Positions 1 through 7,991 of a DNA stretch of 52,229 bases are shown in pieces. How positions within the stretch are numbered: the stretch's first letter is position 1; the number at the start of each line of letters is the position of its first letter. The DNA is from Bacteroidales bacterium (GTDB lineage: Bacteria; Bacteroidota; Bacteroidia; Bacteroidales; JAGOPY01). The notes below the pieces were generated by a model that was given only the letters and a program-made list of their open reading frames with translations, was not told where the DNA came from and did not search any database. Made by a program: the position numbers and the translations under genes. Where the stretch lies: the NCBI GenBank assembly GCA_030638325.1, contig DAOWEV010000113.1, positions 1 through 52,229 on the forward strand, given 5' to 3'.

Positions 1-237
1 CCCGCGGATGAAGTCCCTATTCTGCAAAATATCACCTGGCAAAAAAACATTCTCGGGCTTAATGCAAAGTATGAGTTTTTCAATAATGCGTATGTGTTCC
101 TGGGTCTCGTCTATTCCAACATACAAAGCTACGATGTGGGCGACCGGACAGCCGAAGAATACCTTCTGAAATTTACTCCTGAATTATACTGGGGGAAAAA
201 TACCACCTTCACCGCTGGATTTAATATCGGTTTTTAA
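1..237 (+). CDS. 3' end of a gene that starts upstream of the window; probable outer-membrane beta-barrel C-terminus (...FTAGFNIGF)
   Basis: Frame 1 is open from base 1 to TAA at 235-237. It shows an alternating hydrophobic/aromatic pattern and a terminal Phe. No start codon lies in the window. Confidence 0.35.
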   Translation, partial: PADEVPILQNITWQKNILGLNAKYEFFNNAYVFLGLVYSNIQSYDVGDRTAEEYLLKFTPELYWGKNTTFTAGFNIGF

Positions 238-261
238 GCCGTGATCTCCTCACCACCCACA

Positions 262-356
262 CCTTGCCCCATCGCCCTTTCGCCCTTTCGCTCCATCGCT
301 CACTCTCAACTTCTCCCCTCTTCCGACTTCGGTCTTCCGACTTCCGACTCCTCGTT
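262..356. repeat. Word-repeat block (CGCCCTTT-type octamers, then CTTCGGTC/TTCCGACT words) containing the 18-mer CTTCGGTCTTCCGACTTC (327-344)
   Basis: Tandem 8-nt words read directly. The identical 18-mer also occurs at 9181-9198 and 40506-40523. Confidence 0.8.
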
Positions 357-409
357 AACCCATGCTCATTATTTTTCCTCACAGATAGCAAAGATTACGC
401 AGATAGTTC

Positions 410-417
410 TATTTTTG
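410..417 (+). promoter_or_regulatory. Candidate Bacteroidota -7 box TATTTTTG (TAnnTTTG)
   Basis: 38 nt upstream of ATG 456. Confidence 0.4.
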
Positions 418-455
418 TGCCAATTTACAAAATTCACAAATACAATTACCTTAAT

Positions 456-2201
456 ATGAAAATTATGAAAAAGAAACTGTTTTTACTTTCGTTAACCATT
501 ATTTTTGCTACAAGTACAAGTCTGGCTTGTACCAACTTCCTCGTTACCAAAGGCGCTTCGAAAGACGGTTCGGTAATGATCAGCTTCTCTGCTGATTCCC
601 ATGTTCTTTACGGCGAGTTATACCACTGGCCTGCAGCTACTTACCCGGAAGGCGCCATGTTGGATGTCTACGAATGGGATACCGGGAAATACCTCGGACA
701 GATCAAACAGCTCAGGGAAACATACAATGTTATCGGAAATATGAACGAGTACCAGGTTTCTATCGGGGAAACCACCTATGGCGGGCATTCCGAGCTGGGT
801 ACCGGAAAACAAACCGGTGCTATCATTGATTACGGCAGCCTTATGTTTCTCGGACTTCAGAGATCTAAGTCGGCCCGTGAAGCCATCAAAGTCATGACAG
901 AACTGATGGCTGAATACGGATACTACAGCTCCGGAGAATCATTTTCTGTTTCCGATAAGGATGAAGCCTGGATCTTTGAAATGATTGGAAAAGGGGATGG
1001 TCAGAAAGGGGCTGTCTGGGTAGCCTTGAAAATTCCCGACGGCTACGTGAGCGCCCATGCTAACCAGGCCAGGATCACAACCTTCCCGCTGGCCAATGGC
1101 ATCACCTCTATTACCTTTGATAACATCGATAAGATCTTCAATCCTGAAGTTGAGTGCGTGTATGCTACAGACGTCATTGACTTTGCCCGCGAGAAAGAAT
1201 ATTTTGATGGTGAGGATGAAGATTTCAGTTTTTCTGATACTTACGCTCCCGTTGATTTCGGTGGCGCCCGCTTCTGCGAGATCCGGGTCTGGTCTTTCTT
1301 CAATGCCATTAACAAAGAGATGGGACAATATTTTGACTATGCCGTTGGTCACATTGAACACGGTAAGAAATTCGCCGATGGCAGCAAGAACCCGAACGGC
1401 TACGCTTCCAACCGCATGCCACTGTGGATAAAACCTGACCGGAAACTGGATGTGCACGATATCATGAACTTTATGCGTGACCACTTAGAAGGCACCTCTC
1501 TCGATATGACCCAGGATATGGGCGCCGGTCCTTACGGCAGCCCGTACCGCTGGCGTCCGCTGACCTGGGAAGTTGACAGCGTAAAGTACTGCAACGAACG
1601 GGCAGCGTCTACCCAGCAAACCGGATTTGTATTTGTTTCCCAATCGCGTAACTGGCTCCCCGATGCCATAGGAGGTATCCACTGGTGGGGCGTTGACGAT
1701 GCCGCCAGCACGGTTTTCATGCCTATGTATACCAGCATGATCCGTACACCTGAAAAAATGGCAAGGGGTTATGGCTCCATGATGGTGTTTGTCGCCGATG
1801 CTGCCTTCTGGGTATTCAACCAGGTATCTAATTTTGCCTATACACGTTATAACCTCATCCACCCTGAGATCGAAAGCCTCCAGCAAGCCATGGAAAACCA
1901 GTTCATTGCTTATACGCCCGTAATTGATGATGCGGCGTTTAAACTTTACGAACAGGATCAGGATATGGCCAGGGAGTTCCTGACCAACTACTCGGTACAA
2001 CAAGCAAACAACACCGTTATGGAATGGATGAAATTCTACCAGTACCTGTTTACAAAGTATATGGATGGAAATGTGAAAGAACCTGATCCTGGCAAGCAGA
2101 ATCCGAAACTGCAACAGCCCGGCTATGGCGAAGAGTGGTACCGCAGGATCGTTAATGAGACAGGTGATCAGTTCAAAGTAATTGGTGCAATGGGCCATTA
2201 A
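456..2201 (+). CDS. Secreted C69-family dipeptidase
   Basis: Signal peptide MKIMKKKLFLLSLTIIFATSTSLA is followed by CTNFLVTKGASKDGS (nucleophile Cys after cleavage), typical of peptidase C69. The ORF-track start at 264 runs through repeat DNA. ATG 456 follows a TAnnTTTG box at 410-417. Confidence 0.85.
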   Translation: MKIMKKKLFLLSLTIIFATSTSLACTNFLVTKGASKDGSVMISFSADSHVLYGELYHWPAATYPEGAMLDVYEWDTGKYLGQIKQLRETYNVIGNMNEYQVSIGETTYGGHSELGTGKQTGAIIDYGSLMFLGLQRSKSAREAIKVMTELMAEYGYYSSGESFSVSDKDEAWIFEMIGKGDGQKGAVWVALKIPDGYVSAHANQARITTFPLANGITSITFDNIDKIFNPEVECVYATDVIDFAREKEYFDGEDEDFSFSDTYAPVDFGGARFCEIRVWSFFNAINKEMGQYFDYAVGHIEHGKKFADGSKNPNGYASNRMPLWIKPDRKLDVHDIMNFMRDHLEGTSLDMTQDMGAGPYGSPYRWRPLTWEVDSVKYCNERAASTQQTGFVFVSQSRNWLPDAIGGIHWWGVDDAASTVFMPMYTSMIRTPEKMARGYGSMMVFVADAAFWVFNQVSNFAYTRYNLIHPEIESLQQAMENQFIAYTPVIDDAAFKLYEQDQDMAREFLTNYSVQQANNTVMEWMKFYQYLFTKYMDGNVKEPDPGKQNPKLQQPGYGEEWYRRIVNETGDQFKVIGAMGH

Positions 2202-2202
2202 C

Positions 2203-2277
2203 ATGATTTACGATTTTGATGAGATCATTCATCGTGAGCATACCAACTGCGTCAAGTACGACCTGCGCAACGAATGA
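2203..2277 (+). pseudogene. Remnant of the N-terminus of a PatB/MalY-type PLP-dependent C-S lyase (24 codons then stop)
   Basis: MIYDFDEIIHREHTNCVKYDLRNE* resembles the conserved N-terminus (xFDFdxxIdRxgTxsxKwD) of MalY/PatB aminotransferase-class lyases. A second short frame (2274-2369, ...IEKALENIGG...) might be a C-terminal fragment. Confidence 0.4.
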
Positions 2278-2379
2278 ACATCGCTGCCCCGCGATCAACG
2301 ATAGAAAAGGCACTTGAAAATATTGGTGGCATATTTGGCGGATATGCAAATCGCACATCTGGGGGCTGAATCCACCTCT

Positions 2380-2740
2380 TGCAAATTCGAAGCACGAAAT
2401 CCTAAATACTAAACAATCTCTAATGACCAAAATATAAATAACGAAACAGTAAAGACGCAAAATATTGCGTCTCTCTATCTGGATTGGAACATTTGTGTTT
2501 TGAATTTGTTTAGGATTTCTATATTAGTATCTTAATTCTGATATTCGTGTTTTTCTTGGCAAGAAATTACAAAAAACAATTCCCAAATTCCAAATAATAA
2601 CCAAATCACAATATTCAAAACTTAAACGGTTTGGGTATTGGAGTTTGAAAATTGGAATTTATTTGGGATTTAGTGCTTGGGATTTAGGATTTCTGGTTTA
2701 TCCAGGTTAGGTTTTCGGAATTTTCAGGTGCTCCTGACAT
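2380..2740. repeat. Complex of AT-rich word repeats and nested inverted repeats (AATCCTAAA, CCAAAT/ATTTGG words)
   Basis: GAAATCCTAAATACTAAACAATC (about 2397-2419) is complementary to GAATTTGTTTAGGATTTC (about 2503-2520). TTAGGATTTC is repeated again near 2686. Confidence 0.6.
2453..2472. repeat. 20-nt hairpin AGACGCAAAATATTGCGTCT (8-bp stem), copy 1
   Basis: Identical 20-mer at 9031-9050. Confidence 0.8.
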
Positions 2741-2750
2741 CGTTTTTGAT

Positions 2751-2758
2751 TATCTTTG
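2751..2758 (+). promoter_or_regulatory. Candidate -7 box TATCTTTG
   Basis: 25 nt upstream of ATG 2784. Confidence 0.45.
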
Positions 2759-2783
2759 TAATATAAGTAAAAATATCTGAATC

Positions 2784-3707
2784 ATGGAAGAGAAGAAAAG
2801 TTCTCAGTTTACCGGAAAAAAGTCTTTAATCTGGTTGATAATCATCATTGTACTTGCTGCTGCACTAATTGTTATGTTCTTCTGGCAGCACCAGACAAAA
2901 AGCGAGTTGAACCTGCTCCTGGAAGAAAAAGAGCTGCAACGTATTGAACTTAATCAAGAGCTTGACTCACTAATGGTTAACCATGAACGTGTTAAAACAG
3001 AGCACAGCGAGCTGGCCGATTCGCTCACCATCAAAGACAGTGTTATCCAGGCAAATGCAGTGGAAATCAAGAAACTGCTTGATACCCAGTGGGAATACTA
3101 TAAAGTTAAAAAGAAATTATCGCGGTTGCAGGATATCGCCCAGGGCTATGTGCATCAGATGGACTCTCTGTACCGGGTCAATGATGCATTAACAGAAGAA
3201 AATATTATCATTAAAAAAGACCTCGTGGTCTTGCGCAAAGAAAAAGAACAGATCGAGAAAGACAAAGATATCCTGGTCGAACAAGTTGAATCTGCATCTT
3301 TTCTGAAAGCATATAACATTGATGCAGGAGGTGTCAGATTGAGGTCCGGGAGCAGTAAAGAGGTCATTACTGACAAAGTCAGGAAAATGGACAAGGTTAA
3401 AATATGTTTTACCCTGGGCGAGAATGATATCGCCACTCCCGGTAATCGTGACTTATATATCCGTATTGCCCGGCCTGATAAGGAAATCCTCACCAAAACC
3501 AGGGGCGATGATTATACTTTCGAGTACGAAGGAAAGATATTACAGTACTCGATTATAAGGACTATCAATTATGAAAATCGTCCGGTGGATATCTGTATTT
3601 ACTGGAACAAGCAATATTCTTCACAGGAAATGCAAACAGGGCTCTACCATGTCGACATTTTCTGCGATGGCAACATCATCGGGCACACAACCTTTACATT
3701 GAGATAA
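2784..3707 (+). CDS. Membrane-anchored coiled-coil protein with a beta-rich C-terminal domain; function unknown
   Basis: One N-terminal TM helix, about 150 aa of heptad-like E/K/L-rich sequence, then a globular C-terminus. TATCTTTG box at 2751-2758. Confidence 0.6.
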   Translation: MEEKKSSQFTGKKSLIWLIIIIVLAAALIVMFFWQHQTKSELNLLLEEKELQRIELNQELDSLMVNHERVKTEHSELADSLTIKDSVIQANAVEIKKLLDTQWEYYKVKKKLSRLQDIAQGYVHQMDSLYRVNDALTEENIIIKKDLVVLRKEKEQIEKDKDILVEQVESASFLKAYNIDAGGVRLRSGSSKEVITDKVRKMDKVKICFTLGENDIATPGNRDLYIRIARPDKEILTKTRGDDYTFEYEGKILQYSIIRTINYENRPVDICIYWNKQYSSQEMQTGLYHVDIFCDGNIIGHTTFTLR

Positions 3708-3729
3708 GTAAGGAGACAAATCTCCTTAC
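3708..3729. terminator. Bidirectional terminator hairpin between convergent genes
   Basis: GTAAGGAGA-CAAA-TCTCCTTAC, a perfect 9-bp stem. It starts 1 nt after the stop at 3707 and ends 4 nt before the stop of the minus-strand gene. Confidence 0.6.
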
Positions 3730-3732
3730 GTC

Positions 3733-4326
3733 CTATTCCTTACTGCCTACTGCTGCTTTCGGTTTCATCCGCAACGGGTAGATCTTCTCCACCCAAAGCA
3801 TCCACAGCCCGAAAATGACAACATAGAAAAAGGGCCTGACGATATAATCGTGGGTATATAGAAATTGTTCAGGATAAGTTATAACCACTACCGACAAGCT
3901 GATTATCCGCATCAGGTTCGTAAGATACACGATCAGGATACCGAAGGGGATAAACCACAGCTTGTGCTTCCAGGGGCCCGGATAGATCAGGAACAATAAC
4001 AGAAACTGCAGGATCTGCTTGAATCCCGAACAGCCCCCACTCACACCAATATAACCGTTATTGTTAAAATATATGACTTTATTTTCATCATCGGTGATTA
4101 TCGGAATATTTAAAACATTACTTACCACCCATTTACTTTTCACGTAAACATCATCGATCAGCCACCCCTGGACAATACGGACATCTTCTCTGACGGGTTC
4201 AAAATGCAGCTCATTGGCCCAGTACCGGAAAGAATAATGAATGACAACCGTGATGATCATGAACAGCAGCACTTCACGCAGTGCATATAGCCTGTATTTC
4301 TCTATGAATTTTTTTATCTCCTTCAT
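3733..4326 (-). CDS. Exosortase/archaeosortase-family protein (short, XrtF-like)
   Basis: Polytopic membrane protein with the ordered family signature Cys99 (GGCSGFK), Arg140 (NLMRI) and His159 (YTHDY). Confidence 0.55.
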   Translation of the reverse strand: MKEIKKFIEKYRLYALREVLLFMIITVVIHYSFRYWANELHFEPVREDVRIVQGWLIDDVYVKSKWVVSNVLNIPIITDDENKVIYFNNNGYIGVSGGCSGFKQILQFLLLFLIYPGPWKHKLWFIPFGILIVYLTNLMRIISLSVVVITYPEQFLYTHDYIVRPFFYVVIFGLWMLWVEKIYPLRMKPKAAVGSKE

Positions 4327-4459
4327 CTTGATCTTAACCTTGTACAGGGCATTATTTCATAACTCTCACAGCGTCTCATCTTCTCCCCTTCACACCAGCC
4401 CCGCCAGGAAATGAGTTGCCAAAAGTACAGATTTCAATGGTGATCAGAAAATAAATTAA

Positions 4460-4467
4460 TATATTTG
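4460..4467 (+). promoter_or_regulatory. Candidate -7 box TATATTTG
   Basis: 16 nt upstream of ATG 4484. Confidence 0.4.
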
Positions 4468-4483
4468 GCCAAAATAGTCCGAA

Positions 4484-5785
4484 ATGACCCCTTCATCCCG
4501 TTCGCACCACAAACGATCTCATAGAAAAAGAAATCCTATCGGTAGGTTTTTTTCTCGTTTTAAGAGAAAGAAACATAGTCACAGCAGCAGATCCGGAAGT
4601 TTTCCAGGCATTTCTGAGCTTCCCGGGAGGGAAAAAGAGGATCATTTAACAAAGGATACCGGCGCACAACCGACTCCGGAAATTGTGAGGGAAAGCCGTA
4701 AATACAAAACCTATAGAAAAGGCTCTTTTTCGGAACGACTTGAGCTGCGTTCCAGGAAAAGGGCGTTGAAACGTGAGGAGAAGAAAAAAACCAGGATCAA
4801 AAAAAAGATACGGAAGCAACACCAGAAGAGATACAAGAAAGAAGAGTTGGGAAGAACCCTGCCTCAGAGACTTCTGACGGTAACCCCCCATGGAGAACAG
4901 GATTCCAGGAAAAGTAAAATCTCTATTTTTTCCAAAAGAAGCGCTTTTTATAAAAATTCAACTTACATAGTCAATTCCACCATAATTTTCATCTTCACCT
5001 ATATCATTGTATACCTAATTTACTGGTTGACGGAATTGCTGATAGCTTCACTGTTTGGCTTTGATTCCATACTCTATTATTATGACCTTAAATTCAATGA
5101 TTATTCCGCGCTGTGGACCAGGTTCAACATTCTGGTAATTACGGGAGTTCCACCATTTCTCTGCTTATCCATCGGTCTCTTGTTACACAGAAGGGTATTT
5201 AAACTAAAGAGGTTTTCAGGACTTCAAAAGCTTTTTATTTTATGGTGGTCATTACACTCCCTGAATCATTTTTTCGGAGCTTTCGCCTCCGGCATAGTAA
5301 CTTCTGAAGGCTTTGGTTATGTTGCCGCCTGGATGTATTTGAACACTGCCTTAAAATTCCTTTTTTCATTGATTTCGTTGTTTCTCCTCGCAGTGATTGG
5401 CTATAATTCGAGACAGCATTTTCTGGAAACTTCTTTTTCTCTGAACAGGATCAAACGGCAAAACCAGGTTTCATTTTTATTTACCCAGGCTTTGATACCA
5501 TGGATAGTGGGATCATTTCTTATTTTGATCATCCGGATACCTCATAATTTCGATTATCCTTATGAAACATTGCTATTGTTTTCGGTTGGCTTTGCGGTCA
5601 TTCCGGCTTTTTTCAATAGCAAGGTCAAGCCAAAACTGAATATGCTGAAAGTTAAAAAGCATGTGCATATTAATGCAACCAATATCATCATGGTTCTGTT
5701 ATTGCTTGCTTTTTACCGCATCATGCTGGGCATCGGCCTGCATTTCATCATCCGGATATCCATCTCTATCTCACCCGCGATTTAA
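4484..5785 (+). CDS. Multi-pass membrane protein with a long polybasic (K/R/S/H-rich) N-terminal region; function unknown
   Basis: The first ~150 aa are dominated by K/R/H/S, followed by about 8 predicted TM segments. TATATTTG box at 4460-4467 supports ATG 4484. Confidence 0.55.
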   Translation: MTPSSRSHHKRSHRKRNPIGRFFSRFKRKKHSHSSRSGSFPGISELPGREKEDHLTKDTGAQPTPEIVRESRKYKTYRKGSFSERLELRSRKRALKREEKKKTRIKKKIRKQHQKRYKKEELGRTLPQRLLTVTPHGEQDSRKSKISIFSKRSAFYKNSTYIVNSTIIFIFTYIIVYLIYWLTELLIASLFGFDSILYYYDLKFNDYSALWTRFNILVITGVPPFLCLSIGLLLHRRVFKLKRFSGLQKLFILWWSLHSLNHFFGAFASGIVTSEGFGYVAAWMYLNTALKFLFSLISLFLLAVIGYNSRQHFLETSFSLNRIKRQNQVSFLFTQALIPWIVGSFLILIIRIPHNFDYPYETLLLFSVGFAVIPAFFNSKVKPKLNMLKVKKHVHINATNIIMVLLLLAFYRIMLGIGLHFIIRISISISPAI

Positions 5786-5801
5786 TACGCTTACCGCAGC
5801 T

Positions 5802-6437
5802 TTACTTTCTTCCGAAATCAGCGGGTATCTCCCCCCAATATTTGGTTTGCCATTTCAGGATCCGATTAGGGTATTCATTATTCTGCAGCCACTTTTCAGC
5901 CCTTTCAATAAGCTCGAATATGTATAGATTCAAAGTTGTTTTCTGCAGCTTTGTATTGGTTTTTTTGCTCTTCACCCATTTTATGGCTGTTCTGGAATCG
6001 GAATAAATGGGGAGGCGGTTGTTCTGCTTTTTTAAATAGGCCAGGGCATGCACAATGGCAAGGAATTCTCCGATATTCACAGTCCCTTGCGGATATGGCC
6101 CTACCCTGAACAACTCCATTGAAGTGTCTGTTTCCACACCCCGGTATTCCATATCACCGGGGTTGCCGCTACAGGCAGCATCAACTGAAATACTATTCGT
6201 GTCTGGTAAACCAATACGGGCAAGCTCTTCTTTGGATAATTCCGGCCGGATATCTTTTCCCCTGAAGTCATCGGGGTTCCCCTGAAATGCTTCGGCGGCC
6301 TGTTCCATATCCGGAAAGGCTTTATACCGGGCCCCGGCAAATCCCCTGATCTGCGCTTCACACTCTTTCCAGCTTTCATATATCCCTGGCTTTACACCTG
6401 CCCAGACAACATAATATTTTTGTTTTCCTTTTTTCAA
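5802..6437 (-). CDS. rnhA: Ribonuclease H1 with N-terminal hybrid-binding domain
   Basis: KYYVVWAGVKPGIYESWKECEAQIRGFAGARYKAF (HBD) plus an RNase H core (DAACSGNPG, EFLAIVHAL, IYSDS). The TTG at 6461 overlaps a TATCTTTG box, so TTG 6437 (MKKGKQKYYVVW) is preferred as the start. Confidence 0.75.
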   Translation of the reverse strand: MKKGKQKYYVVWAGVKPGIYESWKECEAQIRGFAGARYKAFPDMEQAAEAFQGNPDDFRGKDIRPELSKEELARIGLPDTNSISVDAACSGNPGDMEYRGVETDTSMELFRVGPYPQGTVNIGEFLAIVHALAYLKKQNNRLPIYSDSRTAIKWVKSKKTNTKLQKTTLNLYIFELIERAEKWLQNNEYPNRILKWQTKYWGEIPADFGRK

Positions 6438-6458
6438 AACCCAGGTCTTAATAAAGAT

Positions 6459-6466
6459 CAAAGATA
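6459..6466 (-). promoter_or_regulatory. Candidate -7 box TATCTTTG (minus strand)
   Basis: It overlaps TTG 6461 and lies 21 nt upstream of TTG 6437 of the RNase H gene. Confidence 0.35.
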
Positions 6467-6529
6467 TATGATATAAGTTTAACCCTCATGCCAAATAACT
6501 GTTTCCTGTTAACTGTCAACTGTAATAAG

Positions 6530-6537
6530 TAACTTTG
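6530..6537 (+). promoter_or_regulatory. Candidate -7 box TAACTTTG
   Basis: 13 nt upstream of ATG 6551. Confidence 0.45.
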
Positions 6538-6550
6538 TAAAAACAACGTT

Positions 6551-7024
6551 ATGATTTCCCGTAAATTCATAATTTCATTTTTTTTAACGGTATTTCTCGT
6601 TCTGACTGCCTGCAGCCCGGATAAGATCTATGAAAAACATACCAGGCTTGATAATCTTTCCTGGAACCGTTTCCGGGAATTTGTATTTGAAGTAGCTGTT
6701 GAAGACCTGTCTGCCGGATATGATTTTTACATTGCTATCAGGCATCATACCGATATCTTGTATGAGGAACTTTCAATAAATTTTGCCTTCAGGACACCGG
6801 GGGGTGAATATCGCAGCCGTGATTATGATATCAGGATCAAAGACCGGGATGGCAATCTGCTCGGGGATGGGCTGGGTGAGCTATGGGATCTGGAAGTTCC
6901 GCTCAGGAAGGGGTTCCGGTTTAAGACAAAAGGTATTTGTCGCTTTGAGATCAGCAATCGCATGTCGCGGACAGAGACGGTTGGAATATTGGAGGTCGGG
7001 TTTATTGTCAGAAAGTCGAGATAG
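6551..7024 (+). CDS. gldH: Gliding-motility lipoprotein GldH-like
   Basis: Lipoprotein signal (LVLTAC), ~155 aa, with IRHHTD...YEE...LGDGLGELWD and GILEVGFIV patterns as in GldH. TAACTTTG box at 6530-6537. Confidence 0.55.
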   Translation: MISRKFIISFFLTVFLVLTACSPDKIYEKHTRLDNLSWNRFREFVFEVAVEDLSAGYDFYIAIRHHTDILYEELSINFAFRTPGGEYRSRDYDIRIKDRDGNLLGDGLGELWDLEVPLRKGFRFKTKGICRFEISNRMSRTETVGILEVGFIVRKSR

Positions 7025-7036
7025 TTTTGGGGGAAA

Positions 7037-7978
7037 TTATTGAGAGAGAAGTTGGTCAAGTATATCAACTGCGACCACACGGTCTTTCCGGAGCTGCTTG
7101 CGCAGGGCTGCAAGATTCTCAAACTTCTTTTCATCGCGGATGCGGTCTACAAAGAAAATGGTAATGATCTCCCCGTAAATATCGTGATTAAAGTCAAATA
7201 TATTCACTTCAATGGTAAGGTCTCCATGATCGATGGTCGGGCGGTGCCCGATATTTCCCATGCCTTTATAGATACGCCCTTCGTACTCCACCCTGCAGGC
7301 ATATACGCCATTGGCTGATATCAGTTTGTATTCATCTTCAATTTCAATATTGGCAGTCGGGAAGCCGATGGTCTGACCAATCCTGTTACCCCTCACAACC
7401 TTCCCTGTAATAGAGTATTCGTACCCCAGGAGCTTGTTGGCAAGCCTCACATTACCTGCATTCAGGGCATTCCGTATCTTGGTTGAGCTTACAGCTACGC
7501 CATCGATTGTTTGAACCGGTAGTTCTACTACCTCAAAGCTATGGATCTTTCCGAGGCCTTTAAGTTCTCCAATACTACCATAACGGTCTTTTCCAAATTG
7601 ATGATCATACCCGATGATCAGCTTTTTAGTTTTGATCTTTTCTACCAGCACATTTCGTACAAACTCCCCTGAAGGAGTGTTGGCAAATTCTTTGGTAAAA
7701 GGGATCACGATGAGATAATCAATTCCGGCCTGCCGGACAAACTCAATCTTCTTTTCCTGTGTATTGATGAATTTCAAGTCCTTGCTGTCAGGATGGATAA
7801 CCAGCCTTGGATGCGGGTGAAAAGTAATGACCACGGTTTCTCCCCCGGATTCTTCAGCAGCACTTTGTACCATCCGGAATATCTCCTGGTGGCCAATGTG
7901 AACACCATCAAAAGTCCCAATCGTAACCACCGCCTTTTTTATTGGTTTCAGACCGTCCGTATCGTAATATATCTTCAC
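7037..7978 (-). CDS. ribF: Bifunctional riboflavin kinase / FMN adenylyltransferase
   Basis: VVTIGTFDGVHIGHQ nucleotidyltransferase motif plus a C-terminal riboflavin kinase domain (GFPTANI, HRPT). Confidence 0.9.
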   Translation of the reverse strand: MKIYYDTDGLKPIKKAVVTIGTFDGVHIGHQEIFRMVQSAAEESGGETVVITFHPHPRLVIHPDSKDLKFINTQEKKIEFVRQAGIDYLIVIPFTKEFANTPSGEFVRNVLVEKIKTKKLIIGYDHQFGKDRYGSIGELKGLGKIHSFEVVELPVQTIDGVAVSSTKIRNALNAGNVRLANKLLGYEYSITGKVVRGNRIGQTIGFPTANIEIEDEYKLISANGVYACRVEYEGRIYKGMGNIGHRPTIDHGDLTIEVNIFDFNHDIYGEIITIFFVDRIRDEKKFENLAALRKQLRKDRVVAVDILDQLLSQ

Positions 7979-7991
7979 CTTTCCTGTCGCT

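Noticed and set aside
264-455. A 64-codon N-terminal extension of the C69 dipeptidase ORF, together with ORF 241-459.
   Set aside because: The extension is a translation of word repeats. A -7 box lies at 410-417 inside it, and a canonical signal peptide begins at ATG 456.
939-2204. Minus-strand ORFs of 181 and 239 aa.
   Set aside because: They are antisense to the strongly supported C69 dipeptidase gene and have no motifs.
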